Shown: positions 47,803 to 57,700 of the stretch, one piece after another | How the letters are laid out: each line of letters starts with the position of its first letter | How positions within the stretch are numbered: position 1 is the first letter of the stretch | Assembly (NCBI GenBank): GCA_022791635.1 | Contig: JAAVZL010000037.1 | Coordinates: forward strand, 16,242-80,241 | DNA: 64,000 bases | Direction of reading: 5' to 3' | Source of the DNA: Lachnospiraceae bacterium | GTDB lineage: Bacteria; Bacillota; Clostridia; Lachnospirales; Lachnospiraceae | Position numbers and translations under genes: made by a program | Notes under the pieces: model-generated | Told to the model about the DNA's origin: nothing | The model's database searches: none | The model's input: only the letters and a program-made list of their open reading frames with translations

Positions 47803-48507
47803 ATGGAAAAGAAGGTAATACTTGCCATTGACGATGAGCCCCATATTCAGGAGCTTTTGGAATACAATCTGACAAAGGCCGGCTTCCTGGTTCTTCGTGC
47901 GGATACGGGAGAAAGGGGCTTGGAGCTTCTTGGAAGCGCTCAGGTGGATCTGGTGCTTTTGGACTGCATGCTTCCGGGGATGGACGGAATGGAGGTGCTT
48001 CGAAGGATACGCGATGAGGAAAAGCTCTGTAGGCTGCCTGTGATGATGCTGACGGCAAAGGGAGAAGAGATTGACAAGGTTCTCGGTCTGGAGCTGGGAG
48101 CGGACGATTATCTGAGCAAGCCTTTCGGTATCCGGGAGCTGGAGGCCAGGATCAAGGCGCTCTTGCGTAGAAGCGGGTCAAATTCGGAGAGGATACGGTC
48201 AAAGGAGCATTTTCAGGCAGGAGATCTGGTTATAAACCACGAAGCCCGGGAGGTAACCCTTCAGGGGCTTTTGGTGACCCTTTCGCGAAAGGAGTATGAG
48301 CTGCTTCACCTTCTCATCACTCACCCCAACCGTGTATTTACCAGGGAACAGCTTCTGGAGCAGATCTGGGGCTATGCCTATTTGGGCGAGACCCGAACGG
48401 TTGACGTACATATCCGCAGCCTTAGAAAAAAGCTGGAGGAAAATCCGGAGAAGCCCCGATATATTCAGACAGTGCGGGGGATTGGGTACAAGTTTACAAA
48501 GCAATGA
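47803..48507 (+). CDS. PhoP/PhoB-like OmpR family response regulator
   Basis: IDDE, LLDCMLP, LGADDYLSKPF, RTVDVHI, TVRGIGY. Confidence 0.9.
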   Translation: MEKKVILAIDDEPHIQELLEYNLTKAGFLVLRADTGERGLELLGSAQVDLVLLDCMLPGMDGMEVLRRIRDEEKLCRLPVMMLTAKGEEIDKVLGLELGADDYLSKPFGIRELEARIKALLRRSGSNSERIRSKEHFQAGDLVINHEAREVTLQGLLVTLSRKEYELLHLLITHPNRVFTREQLLEQIWGYAYLGETRTVDVHIRSLRKKLEENPEKPRYIQTVRGIGYKFTKQ

Positions 48508-48540
48508 AGGAAGAAAGCTTTGAAGAATAGGCAAGGAGAG

Positions 48541-48580
48541 CAGCCGGACACTGGATGTCGGAAAAGTCTGCTGTCCTTTT
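48541..48580 (-). repeat. Element family 3 fragment
   Basis: CAGCCGGACACTGGATGTCGGAAAAGTCTGCTGTC, similar to 42078-42112. Confidence 0.6.
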
Positions 48581-48732
48581 TTGTTTTAATTCCGACATAA
48601 ATTCTTAAAATTGTTTTAAGAATCAGAAAAATAGAGAAAACTATGAAGAAATTAGAGTAGAATAATCGTTTAGAAGGATAGAAGCAGTAAAAAGGAAGAG
48701 GAAAATAAGACAGACAACAGAGGAGGAGAGAC

Positions 48733-49326
48733 ATGACCGAGAGGAGGCAGAAAATCATTCATTACATTACCTGGTGCTCCATGGGGGCGCTTCTGGCGTT
48801 TACCATCTATGGAATGAAATCAGGAATCCTCACAGACCGGAGTCAGATGGAAGCCCTGGTGTCCAAAAGCGGAATCTACGGTCCGCTGCTCTTTGTGCTG
48901 ATTCAGATTGTTCAGGTGGTGATTCCCATCATTCCAGGAGGCGTAACCTGTGCGGTAGGGGTGGTGCTGTTTGGAGCCTGGGAGGGACTTCTCTATAATT
49001 ATATCGGAATTGTCATCGGTTCTTTTATCAACTTCTATCTGGCAAGACGCTATGGGAAATGCTTTGTACAGGCTCTTGTAAAGGAAGAGACCTACGAGAA
49101 ATACGCCGGCTGGCTGGAAAGAGGGAAGAAATTCGACAAATTTTTTGCCCTGGCCATTTTCTTTCCCTGTGCGCCGGATGACTTCCTGTGTATGCTGGCA
49201 GGGCTCACCCGTATGTCCTTTAAGAAGTTCAGTACGATTATATTGCTGGGAAAGCCTGCATCCATTGCCATATATAGTCTGGCGCTGGTTTACGCAGGCA
49301 CCTGGCTGGGAGGAGTGTTAGTATGA
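48733..49326 (+). CDS. TVP38/TMEM64 (DedA/VTT) family membrane protein
   Basis: IQIVQVVIPIIPGG, FYLARRYG, PCAPDDFLCMLAGLT. Confidence 0.88.
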   Translation: MTERRQKIIHYITWCSMGALLAFTIYGMKSGILTDRSQMEALVSKSGIYGPLLFVLIQIVQVVIPIIPGGVTCAVGVVLFGAWEGLLYNYIGIVIGSFINFYLARRYGKCFVQALVKEETYEKYAGWLERGKKFDKFFALAIFFPCAPDDFLCMLAGLTRMSFKKFSTIILLGKPASIAIYSLALVYAGTWLGGVLV

Positions 49327-50522
49327 AAATATTGATTACAACAGATTTGTTTCGTTCTACCATCAACGGCGTGGTGACCTCGGTCCTCAATCTGGAGGAG
49401 GAGCTTGAAAAGCAGGGGCACGAGGTGCGGATCCTCACGGTATCCGACACGGGAAAGGCTTATCAGGAAGGAAATGTGTGGTATTTGAGGTCCGTTCCCT
49501 CCGGCATCTATCCGGGTGTGCGCATTCCGGTGCCGGGAGACGGCACTTATCGGCGGGAGCTGACGGAATGGATGCCCGATGTGGTTCACAGCCAGTGCGA
49601 ATTCTGTACCTTCAGCTATGGAAAACGGATTGCGGAGGATACGGGAGCCGTGCTGATACATACCTGCCACACCCTGTATGAGCAGTATACAAAATATATT
49701 CCCATGGGAAAATATCTGGGAACCCCGGCAGTGGCAGCCTGCATGCGTATGCGGCTGCGGTCCGTGGATTCCATCATAGCGCCTACCAAAAAGGTAGAGC
49801 GGACCTTTTTAAGCTATGGGGTGAAAAAGAAAACAGCCATTATCCCTACAGGAATTCGACTGGATGAATTTTCCAGTTCCGTTTCTCAGGAAGTATTAGC
49901 AGACCTTCGCAGGGAATGCGGGATTGGTTCGGGGGTTCGGGTTGTTCTGAGCCTGGGACGTCTGGGCTTTGAAAAGCAGGTGGACGAGCTTCTTTACGGA
50001 TGGAAGGAGGCCGGCATACCTCCCGAGGAGGCCATACTTCTCATTGTGGGCGGCGGCCCCGCCGAGGAGAGCCTGCGCTGTCTTTCTGAGGAGCTTGGAC
50101 TCTCTGGGCAGGTATGCTTCTATGGAATGGTGGATCCGAAAATGGTTCCGGCCTTCTACCAGCTGGCAGATCTCTTTGTGTGCGCATCCACCAGCGAGAC
50201 CCAGGGTCTAACCTACGTGGAGGCTCTGGCAAGCGGCCTGCCTCTGGTGTGCAGGAGAGATCCCTGCCTGAACGGAGTGCTGGAGCATGGGAAAAACGGC
50301 TATTCCTTCCGGAGCCGGGAGGAGTTTGGCGGCTATGTGAGGGAGCTTCTTCACAGCCGGGAAAAGCGGCAGAGCATGGGCGCCCGCAGTCGGGAGCTGG
50401 CAAGGGCATTCGGAACAGAAGCCTTTGGGCGGGCGGTAAGCAGCCTGTATAACAGCAGCGTTCAGGACAGGGTTCACACAGGCTTAAGGACGCATCTATT
50501 CGGGGCCCGGAAATTTATTTAG
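49323..50522 (+). CDS. GT4, 1,2-diacylglycerol 3-alpha-glucosyltransferase-like
   Basis: ITTD..INGVVTSV, HSQCEF, HT.HTLYE, IPTGI, STSETQGLTYVEA. Confidence 0.82.
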   Translation: MKILITTDLFRSTINGVVTSVLNLEEELEKQGHEVRILTVSDTGKAYQEGNVWYLRSVPSGIYPGVRIPVPGDGTYRRELTEWMPDVVHSQCEFCTFSYGKRIAEDTGAVLIHTCHTLYEQYTKYIPMGKYLGTPAVAACMRMRLRSVDSIIAPTKKVERTFLSYGVKKKTAIIPTGIRLDEFSSSVSQEVLADLRRECGIGSGVRVVLSLGRLGFEKQVDELLYGWKEAGIPPEEAILLIVGGGPAEESLRCLSEELGLSGQVCFYGMVDPKMVPAFYQLADLFVCASTSETQGLTYVEALASGLPLVCRRDPCLNGVLEHGKNGYSFRSREEFGGYVRELLHSREKRQSMGARSRELARAFGTEAFGRAVSSLYNSSVQDRVHTGLRTHLFGARKFI

Positions 50523-50597
50523 CGGTTTGCAGAATATTGCGCTAGATGCTGCGAGGCTGGAAGGATGCTACAGAACCGGAATGGAGGGTAAGATGAC

Positions 50598-51599
50598 ATG
50601 AAGGTGCTTTTGTATTCAAAGAATCAGAAATTACTATCCCGGAGCGGAATTGGCCGGGCCATGCAGATGCAGAGGGATTCCCTGGAGGAAAACGGGGTGG
50701 AGGTTACCACTGATCCGAAGGAGGACTATGACGTTGTGCATCTGAACAGTATTTTTCCCAGCGATTACCGGATGGCGAGAAAGGCCAAACGGGAGGGGAA
50801 GAAGGTGATTTATCACGCCCATTCCACCCGGGAGGATTTTGAGGATTCCTTTGTAGGCTCCAATCTTCTGGCGCCTCTGTTTCAGCGCTGGCTTGTGAGA
50901 TGCTATGAGCTGGGAGACCTGATTTTAACCCCTACGCCCTATTCCCGCTCTCTGCTGATGCGATACGGAATCCGCAAGCCCATTGCCGTGATTTCCAATG
51001 GCGTGGACACCTTCCGCTTTCAGAAAAATATGGCCGTGCGCAGCCGGTTCCGCAGAGAGTACGGCTTTACGGAGACGGATCGGGTGATCCTGTCGGTGGG
51101 GCTTTATTTTGAGCGGAAGGGAATCCTGGATTTTGTGGAGCTGGCTAGGAGGATGCCGGAGTATCAGTTTATCTGGTTTGGCTATACGCCGGATATTCAG
51201 ATTCCCGGCAGGGTGCGCAAAGCCGTGCGCACACGGCTGCCTAACCTGACCTTTGCAGGCTATGTGTCGCCGGAGCAGCTTCGGGAGGCTTACAGCGGCA
51301 GTGATTTGTTTTTCTTTCCCTCCTATGAGGAGACGGAAGGGATTGTGGTTCTGGAGGCCCTTTCCTGCGAGATCCCCGTGCTGCTTCGGGATATTCCCGT
51401 TTACCAGGACTGGCTGAAAAACAGGACGGATGTCTACAAGGGAAGCGGCCAGGCGGAATTTGAGCGTCTCATTGGTCAGATTTTGGAGGGGGAGCTTCCG
51501 GATCTTACGGTCAGCGGAAGGCAGAGGGCCGTGGAGCGGGATATCTTCCACCAGGCCGGGAAGCTGTATCATTTATACCGGAAAGCGGCGGCTCAGTAA
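50598..51599 (+). CDS. GT4, CpoA/diglycosyl-DAG synthase-like
   Basis: SGIGRA, HAHSTREDF, ISNGVD, FPSYEETEGIVVLEAL. Confidence 0.82.
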   Translation: MKVLLYSKNQKLLSRSGIGRAMQMQRDSLEENGVEVTTDPKEDYDVVHLNSIFPSDYRMARKAKREGKKVIYHAHSTREDFEDSFVGSNLLAPLFQRWLVRCYELGDLILTPTPYSRSLLMRYGIRKPIAVISNGVDTFRFQKNMAVRSRFRREYGFTETDRVILSVGLYFERKGILDFVELARRMPEYQFIWFGYTPDIQIPGRVRKAVRTRLPNLTFAGYVSPEQLREAYSGSDLFFFPSYEETEGIVVLEALSCEIPVLLRDIPVYQDWLKNRTDVYKGSGQAEFERLIGQILEGELPDLTVSGRQRAVERDIFHQAGKLYHLYRKAAAQ

Positions 51600-51661
51600 G
51601 AAAAAAGGAAAAAACAGGAAACAATCGGAAAAATTTAAGTGGAAACATGATTTTTCTTCAT

Positions 51662-51728
51662 AAAAAATTAAGGTATTACTGCTATGCTTAGGAGAAAGAG
51701 CAGGAGTAGTAATGCCTTAATTTTTTTT
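51662..51728. other. Long AT-rich inverted repeat (terminator-like or promoter-embedding hairpin)
   Basis: AAAAAATTAAGGTATTACT/AGTAATGCCTTAATTTTTT. Confidence 0.6.
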
Positions 51729-51736
51729 GCGGAGCT

Positions 51737-51960
51737 AAAAACAGCAATATCCCCGAGAAGCATAGAAGAATAAACGGACGAATGCTTTTACGGCCGTTTA
51801 TTCTTCTTGGCAAAGATGCGTCGAGCGGGATATTGCGGAACTGGAATCAAAAACAGCAATGCCCCGACAGCGCCCAGAAGGATTTACAGGCACATGTTTT
51901 TGTGACTGGAAATTCTTCTCTATACTTTGCGTGCTGGAAGGGGTATTGCGGAACTGGAAT
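51737..51960 (+). repeat. Structured element family 2, two tandem ~110-bp units
   Basis: Units 51737-51846 and 51849-51960, each AAACAGCAAT...TATTGCGGAACTGGAAT; second unit runs into the RBS AAGAGGTG. Confidence 0.85.
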
Positions 51961-51974
51961 AAGAGGTGAGATCC

Positions 51975-53096
51975 ATGAAGAAGCTGTTTTTGTGCGAAAT
52001 ATGGTTTCTGCTGTTCGCTCTGTCTGCCTGCGGCCGGGAGAAGAAAGCAGAGGAGCCTGCCGCAACGTTCCGGGAGGAGCTGCTTTTCGGAGAGGAGACG
52101 GAGAATACGGGCTCTTTTGGAATTCCGATCCGTATTTATCACAGCGATGGGAGTGGAGAGTACCTCTGTGTGAGTATGGCCCGGACGGAAGAGATTACGC
52201 CGGAGATCCTCTTTTTGAATTTGTCTTTCTACCAGATGGTGCCGGATACCATGGATGTCAGAAGCTTTGGGCAGAAAAAGCGGGAGGATAAAGGCTTGCT
52301 TTTGACGCTGGATTTGCCGAAAGAGTTTGAAAACTATATTTCCAAACTAGATGAGCAAAAAGAAGCCCTTGTTTTGGGAAGTGTGGTAAATACATTTTTG
52401 GATGCTTATGCGGGACAGGCGATTCTGCTCACAGTGGAAGGGGAAGCGCTGACAACAGAGCATAACGCCTACTCGGAGGCTCTTGAGCGGTATCCTTATC
52501 AGGAGGCTTCCTATCAGGTAGTGGCAAAGGAGCTGTCAGAGGGCGGAATCGAGATTTCCTATCCTCAGATTACAGGGCTTTCGGATGAGAGCATTGAGCA
52601 AAATTGGAATGAGATAATCAGCGGGCACGCGAGAAAGGCTTTTGAGGACGCGGAGGAAGGGAGCAGTCTTACGGTCAGTTATACGATAAAGACCATGAAT
52701 GATCAGCTTCTCTCTATTTTGATTGAAGGGGATTATCTGGCGCCGGGCGGGGCTTACCCTAGCGGTTTTCGGTATACTTATAATATTGATATGAGATCCG
52801 GTGAGAGTGTGCGGCTGGTGCATTACCGGGATGTGGATCAGCTGGCCAGGGAGCTGCTTGAAGGGGACGGCTATACGGTGGAAGGAGAGCTGGGAGAGGA
52901 GTTTCAGGAGCGGCTGGCGATTCTTTACGGGGATGCCGGGCAGCTGGCAGATGTTTTGCGGGGATTTGATTATGGGGAGAATCGGGAGACGCCAAGCGGG
53001 TTTTCCTATCAGGAGAACGGGAGGACGCATTTGTGTATTGAGGTGCCGCATGCTTTGGGGGATTGGGTGGATGTTATGTTGGATGGGATGTCATGA
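51975..53096 (+). CDS. Lipoprotein with a GerMN domain and a DUF4163/DUF3298 (PdaC/RsiV-like) domain
   Basis: Lipobox LSAC; LTLDL...SVVNTF...LTVEGE; ISYPQITG...LLSI...AYP...YNIDM. Confidence 0.65.
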   Translation: MKKLFLCEIWFLLFALSACGREKKAEEPAATFREELLFGEETENTGSFGIPIRIYHSDGSGEYLCVSMARTEEITPEILFLNLSFYQMVPDTMDVRSFGQKKREDKGLLLTLDLPKEFENYISKLDEQKEALVLGSVVNTFLDAYAGQAILLTVEGEALTTEHNAYSEALERYPYQEASYQVVAKELSEGGIEISYPQITGLSDESIEQNWNEIISGHARKAFEDAEEGSSLTVSYTIKTMNDQLLSILIEGDYLAPGGAYPSGFRYTYNIDMRSGESVRLVHYRDVDQLARELLEGDGYTVEGELGEEFQERLAILYGDAGQLADVLRGFDYGENRETPSGFSYQENGRTHLCIEVPHALGDWVDVMLDGMS

Positions 53097-53138
53097 AGTT
53101 GAGTCTGTAAAGATTACCGGCGCAGGCTTAACTTCATG
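53092..53138. repeat. Palindromic element family 1, minimal copy (possible terminator)
   Basis: CATGAAGTTGAGTCTG/CAGGCTTAACTTCATG with loop TAAAGATTACCGGCG. Confidence 0.7.
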
Positions 53139-53268
53139 GCATTGGGGAAAAGATGTATATAATTGAGTGAATATTTTGTAAAATTTGAATAATTTGTGAA
53201 AAATAAAATGATTATACAATTAATGATAGAAAAACATGAAAAAAAATAAAATTTTTTTGAAAAAAGTG

Positions 53269-53297
53269 TTGACAAATGGGAATTGTGGAGTTATAAT
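53269..53297 (+). promoter_or_regulatory. Perfect sigma-A promoter with AT-rich upstream element
   Basis: TTGACA-17bp-TATAAT preceded by A/T tracts. Confidence 0.88.
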
Positions 53298-53303
53298 GAT
53301 TTC

Positions 53304-53872
53304 AACATAAGAAATACAAAACACCACATAATCTAAGCGATATATAAAATATATATTTCATATAGATGTGAGGTGAAAAATTAAGAAAGAGAGGTACGGA
53401 CCAACAAAAACTTAACGAATTGCCTCATAATTTAAGAAAAGGAGGTACGGACCGAAGTACAATTAGGTTAGACCTTCTACTATAAAAGAAGAGACGGGTG
53501 TAGTGCACATCTGAATCGGAAGAGTATAGTAAGAAGAAGGTCAGGGACAAAAAAGTTCGACGAGGATCGGTAAAGAAGAAGCCGGGAAAGAAGTAAAAAG
53601 AAGAAGAGAACAAACCGGAAAAGAAAATCTTATGATTACAGAGGGGAAATGCCGAGAACAGAAGAAGTCGAACGGAAGAAGTCAATAAGACTTCAAAAAA
53701 TTACCAAACTGAAGAAAAAAATTTCGAAGGCGGAGGTTTTTGGAAGAAAAATTCAGAATGGTAGCGTAACTTGAAAACCAGGTAAAGAAAAGAGGTAAAA
53801 GTCCAATGGACAGCATAGTTTAACAGAGGGTATCAGATGACGAAAAGTACTGATACCCTCTAATTCTGTTTT
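53304..53872 (+). ncRNA. Candidate large structured purine-rich ncRNA (unassigned)
   Basis: Consensus promoter, no credible ORF, several nested helices, repeated 22-nt motif, closing hairpin at 53825-53861. Confidence 0.6.
53825..53872 (+). terminator. Hairpin ending the candidate ncRNA
   Basis: AGAGGGTATCAG/CTGATACCCTCT then AATTCTGTTTT; a weaker hairpin plus T8 follows to ~53922. Confidence 0.6.
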
Positions 53873-54031
53873 AGCAGGGGGCAATTCATAAGCGGTGAGG
53901 CTTTTGAGTTGGTCTTTTTTTATGTAAACAAAAGTCTTCCATAGCTTTTGGGATGACTTCCCGCCGGATTTATGTTACACTAGGAATCAAAAGGCTGTGG
54001 AACTATTTTTGATAGAAACGGAAAGAGGTTT

Positions 54032-54739
54032 GTGTTGGCGCATTTTGTTGAACTGAAGCAGGTGAAAAAGATCTATCAGATGGGGGAGGTTTCCATTCCG
54101 GCTGTGGACGGGATTGACTTTGAGATAGAAAAAGGGGAGTTTGTAGTGATTGTGGGCCCCAGTGGGGCGGGCAAAACTACGGTCCTTAATATTCTGGGGG
54201 GAATGGATACCTGTACCTCCGGGGAGGTCTGGGTGGACGGAAGGGATATCAGCAGCTTTAAGGGAAAAGCCCTGACGGCTTACCGCCGGGATGATATCGG
54301 CTTTGTATTTCAGTTTTACAATCTGGTGCAGAATCTTACGGCCCTGGAAAATGTGGAGCTGGCCTTGCAGATTTGTAAGGATCCTCTGGACGCGGAGCAG
54401 GTGTTGAAGGAGGTTGGCCTGGAGGGGAGAAAGGGGAATTTCCCGGCGCAGCTTTCCGGCGGGGAGCAGCAGAGGGTGGCCATTGCCAGGGCCTTGGCCA
54501 AGAATCCCAAGCTTTTGCTCTGTGACGAGCCTACGGGGGCATTGGACTACAATACGGGCAAGGCGATTCTCAAGCTTTTGCAGGATACCTGCCGGGAAAA
54601 GGGCATGACGGTGATTGTCATTACCCATAACCAGGCCATTGCGCCCATGGCAGATCGGGTGATTAAAATCAAGAACGGCCTGGTAAGCCGCATGGAGCTG
54701 ATTGAGGAGCCGGTTTCTGTGGAGACGATTGAATGGTAA
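54032..54739 (+). CDS. ABC transporter ATP-binding protein (LolD/SalX type)
   Basis: [41 protein letters not shown]. Confidence 0.95.
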   Translation: MLAHFVELKQVKKIYQMGEVSIPAVDGIDFEIEKGEFVVIVGPSGAGKTTVLNILGGMDTCTSGEVWVDGRDISSFKGKALTAYRRDDIGFVFQFYNLVQNLTALENVELALQICKDPLDAEQVLKEVGLEGRKGNFPAQLSGGEQQRVAIARALAKNPKLLLCDEPTGALDYNTGKAILKLLQDTCREKGMTVIVITHNQAIAPMADRVIKIKNGLVSRMELIEEPVSVETIEW

Positions 54740-57700
54740 GACGGGCCTTAAAAAAAGAATTTTATATGGAAGTTCGGAAAACTCTGAACCGTTTTCTGTC
54801 GATCTTGCTCATCAATGCCCTGGGAGTGGCTTTTTTTGCCGGGGTTCGGGCTTCTAAGCCGGATATGCGGCTGTCTGCCGACGCCTTTTTTGACGAGAGC
54901 AGGCTTATGGACCTTCGGGTTATGGGAACCTTGGGAATGACGAAGGAGGATGTGAGGGCCATTGAGGCAGTGGAGGGCGTGGAGGCGGTTATGCCTGTGT
55001 ACTCGGTGGACATGTTCGGACAGCTTCTGGACCGGCAGCTGAATCTCCAGGTCATGTCCAAGCCCGAGGAAATGAACCGGATTCACGTGAGGGAGGGACG
55101 TCTTCCGGAGAAAAAAGAGGAGTGCCTGGTGGATTACAAGCTGTTCACCTCCGGTCTTTGTGCCCTGGGAGATGAGATCACCCTTGCCTCCGGTACGGAG
55201 GAGGAGACCGAAGATCTGGTGAACCAGGAGACCTTTACCGTTGTGGGGGCAGGAACGACTTCCTATTATATGTCTCTTGACCGGGGGACTACCGGTATCG
55301 GCAGCGGAAGCCTGGACGGCTTTCTGGTGGTACTGCCGGAGGTGTTTGAGCAGGATTATTATACCCAGATCTGCGTGACAGCCCGGGGAGCCTATGAGCT
55401 GACCTGCTATACGGAGGAATACGATGCCCTGGTGGATGAGCTGGCGGAGCGGATTGAGGGCATAGAAAAGGAGCGGTGTGAGATCCGCTATGCTCAGATA
55501 CAGGAGGAGGGCCAGGAAAAGATAGCCGAGGCAGAGCAGGAAGTGGCCGACGGCGAGCAGAAGCTTAAGGATGCAGGGGAGGAGCTTGAGGATGCAAGGG
55601 GAAAGCTTAAGGATGCAGAGGAAAAGCTTGAGGACGGAAGAAGAGAGCTGGCCGACGGAGAGGCGGAATTTGCCGATAAGGAGCGGGAATTTCTGGATGC
55701 AAAGCAGGAGGTGGCCGACGGCTGGTCAGAGCTTCATAAGGCCCAGGAGAAGCTGGTAAAGGCTACCTTTGAGATTCAAAAGGGATATGAGAGCTATGAG
55801 AGAAATAAGGCGGAGCTGGACGCAGGCTACGCCCAGCTTGCTCCGGCGAAGGAGCAGCTTGCCCAGGTAGAGGAGGGCCTTGCAGCGGCCCAAGGAGGCC
55901 TTGCCCAGGTAGAGGAGGGCCTTTCCCAGATTGCGGCCGTGAGACAAAGGTGTGAAGAGCTTTCCCAGAGAGAGCCGGAAAGCCTTACGGCAGAGGAAGC
56001 GGAGGAGCTGGCCGTTCTTCTGGAGCAGGAAGCCAGCGGGCAATGGAACGGTGCAGAGGCAGAGCTTAAAGAGCAGCAGGCAGAACTTACGGCGACCAAG
56101 ACCCAGCTATCCGCCGTACAGGCTCAGCTTGCCCCCGTTGTGGCGGAAAATACGGCCAAGCTGGATGCAGGGGCCGAGGCTCTGGCGGAGGGAAAGCGGC
56201 AGCTTGACGCAGGCAGTGATGAGGTAGATGCGGGAAACAGCGAGGCCTACCATGCGGAGCAGGAGCTTCTTGAGGCAGAAGAGGAGCTGGCCGACGGAGA
56301 GAAGAAGCTGGCCGACGCAAGGGCAGAGCTAGCAGACGCCCGCAAGACTCTCAAGGACGCCGAGGAGGAGCTTGCCGATGCCAAAGAGGAGTTTGCCGAC
56401 GGAGAGGCAGAGTACGAAAAGGCCCTGGCAGAAAATGAGGAGACCCTGGCCGACGCCAAGGTGAAGATTGCCGATGCAAAAGAGGAGCTTGCCGATCTAA
56501 AGCAGCCCGAGTGGTATGTGCTGGATCGTCAGTACATTCAGACCTACGTGGAATATGGAAACGATGCGGATCGCATCGGAGCCATCGGAGAGGTATTTCC
56601 GGTGATCTTCTTTTTGGTGGCCGCCCTGGTGAGTCTCACCACCATGACCCGTATGGTAGAGGAGCAGAGAACCCAGATAGGAACCTTAAAGGCGCTGGGC
56701 TATGGAAAAGGAGCCATCGCTTCCAAATATATACTGTACGCCCTGCTATCCAGCCTCCTGGGAAGCCTTTTTGGCCTTGTGGCCGGACAGAAGCTTCTTC
56801 CGTCCGTGATCATCAGCGCCTACAAGATTCTCTATAACAATCTGCCCGACATTCTGACGCCCCTGAATCCGGAATATTCCCTGACCGCAGCAGCCGTAGC
56901 AGTATCTCTTACGACCCTGGCGGCTCTGGCCGCCTGCTACAAGGAGCTCAATGCAGTTCCCGCCAACCTCATGCGCCCGGCGGCGCCCAAATCCGGAAAA
57001 CGTGTTTTCCTGGAAAACGTAAGCTTTCTCTGGAAGCGGCTGACCTTCAGCCAGAAGGCGGCCATCCGCAACCTGGTTCGCTATAAAAAGCGCTTTCTGA
57101 TGACTGTATTCGGGATCGGCGGCTGTATGGCCCTGCTCTTGGTGGGCTTCGGGCTTAAAGATTCCATTCTTCATATCGGAAAGGGACAGTTTGGAAATGT
57201 ATTTGTCTACGACGGGACCATCGGAATCGACAAGGATGCAGAGGAAAAGGAGCGCAGAGAGCTTGCCGATAAGATAGAGAGCGATGCGCGGATCCCCCAC
57301 CATATGCGTGCCCTGGAAATTGCCGTAGACGCAGAGGCAGGCGGCGCCCCCCGAAGCGCCTACCTCATCGTACCGGAGAACAGGGAGGAGCTGAAAACCT
57401 ACATTCACCTTAAGGACCGGGAGACAGGAGAAGCCTATTCCCTGGATGACCAGGGAATCATTCTGACAGAAAAGCTGGCCACACTTCTCGGAGTCACCGA
57501 GGGAGATACCATAACCCTGAAGGAAGACGATACCAAGGCAATAGAGGCAAAGGTAGCCCATGTGACCGAGCAATACTTTATGCATTATATATATATGAGC
57601 AAAGACCTCTACGAGAGCCTCTACGGAGAGACCCCAGACTGGAACCAATGGTTTATGAAGAACAGCCGGCAAGATGAGGACTTCGAGGAGGAGCTTCGGA

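Noticed and set aside
53425-53685. 86-aa hydrophobic minus-strand ORF as a type I toxin or membrane peptide
   Set aside because: The F/S/L richness mirrors the purine-rich + strand; no clear RBS or start; the promoter and terminator point to the + strand.
53304-53872. tmRNA, RNase P, SRP, 6S, T-box or rRNA fragment
   Set aside because: No tRNA-like ends, no GAGGAAAGUCC, no T-box motif and no rRNA similarity recognisable by eye.
55500-56500. Repetitive DNA within the permease as a tandem repeat or diversity element
   Set aside because: Explained by heptad coiled-coil coding (ELADGE/LADAK), normal for this permease family.
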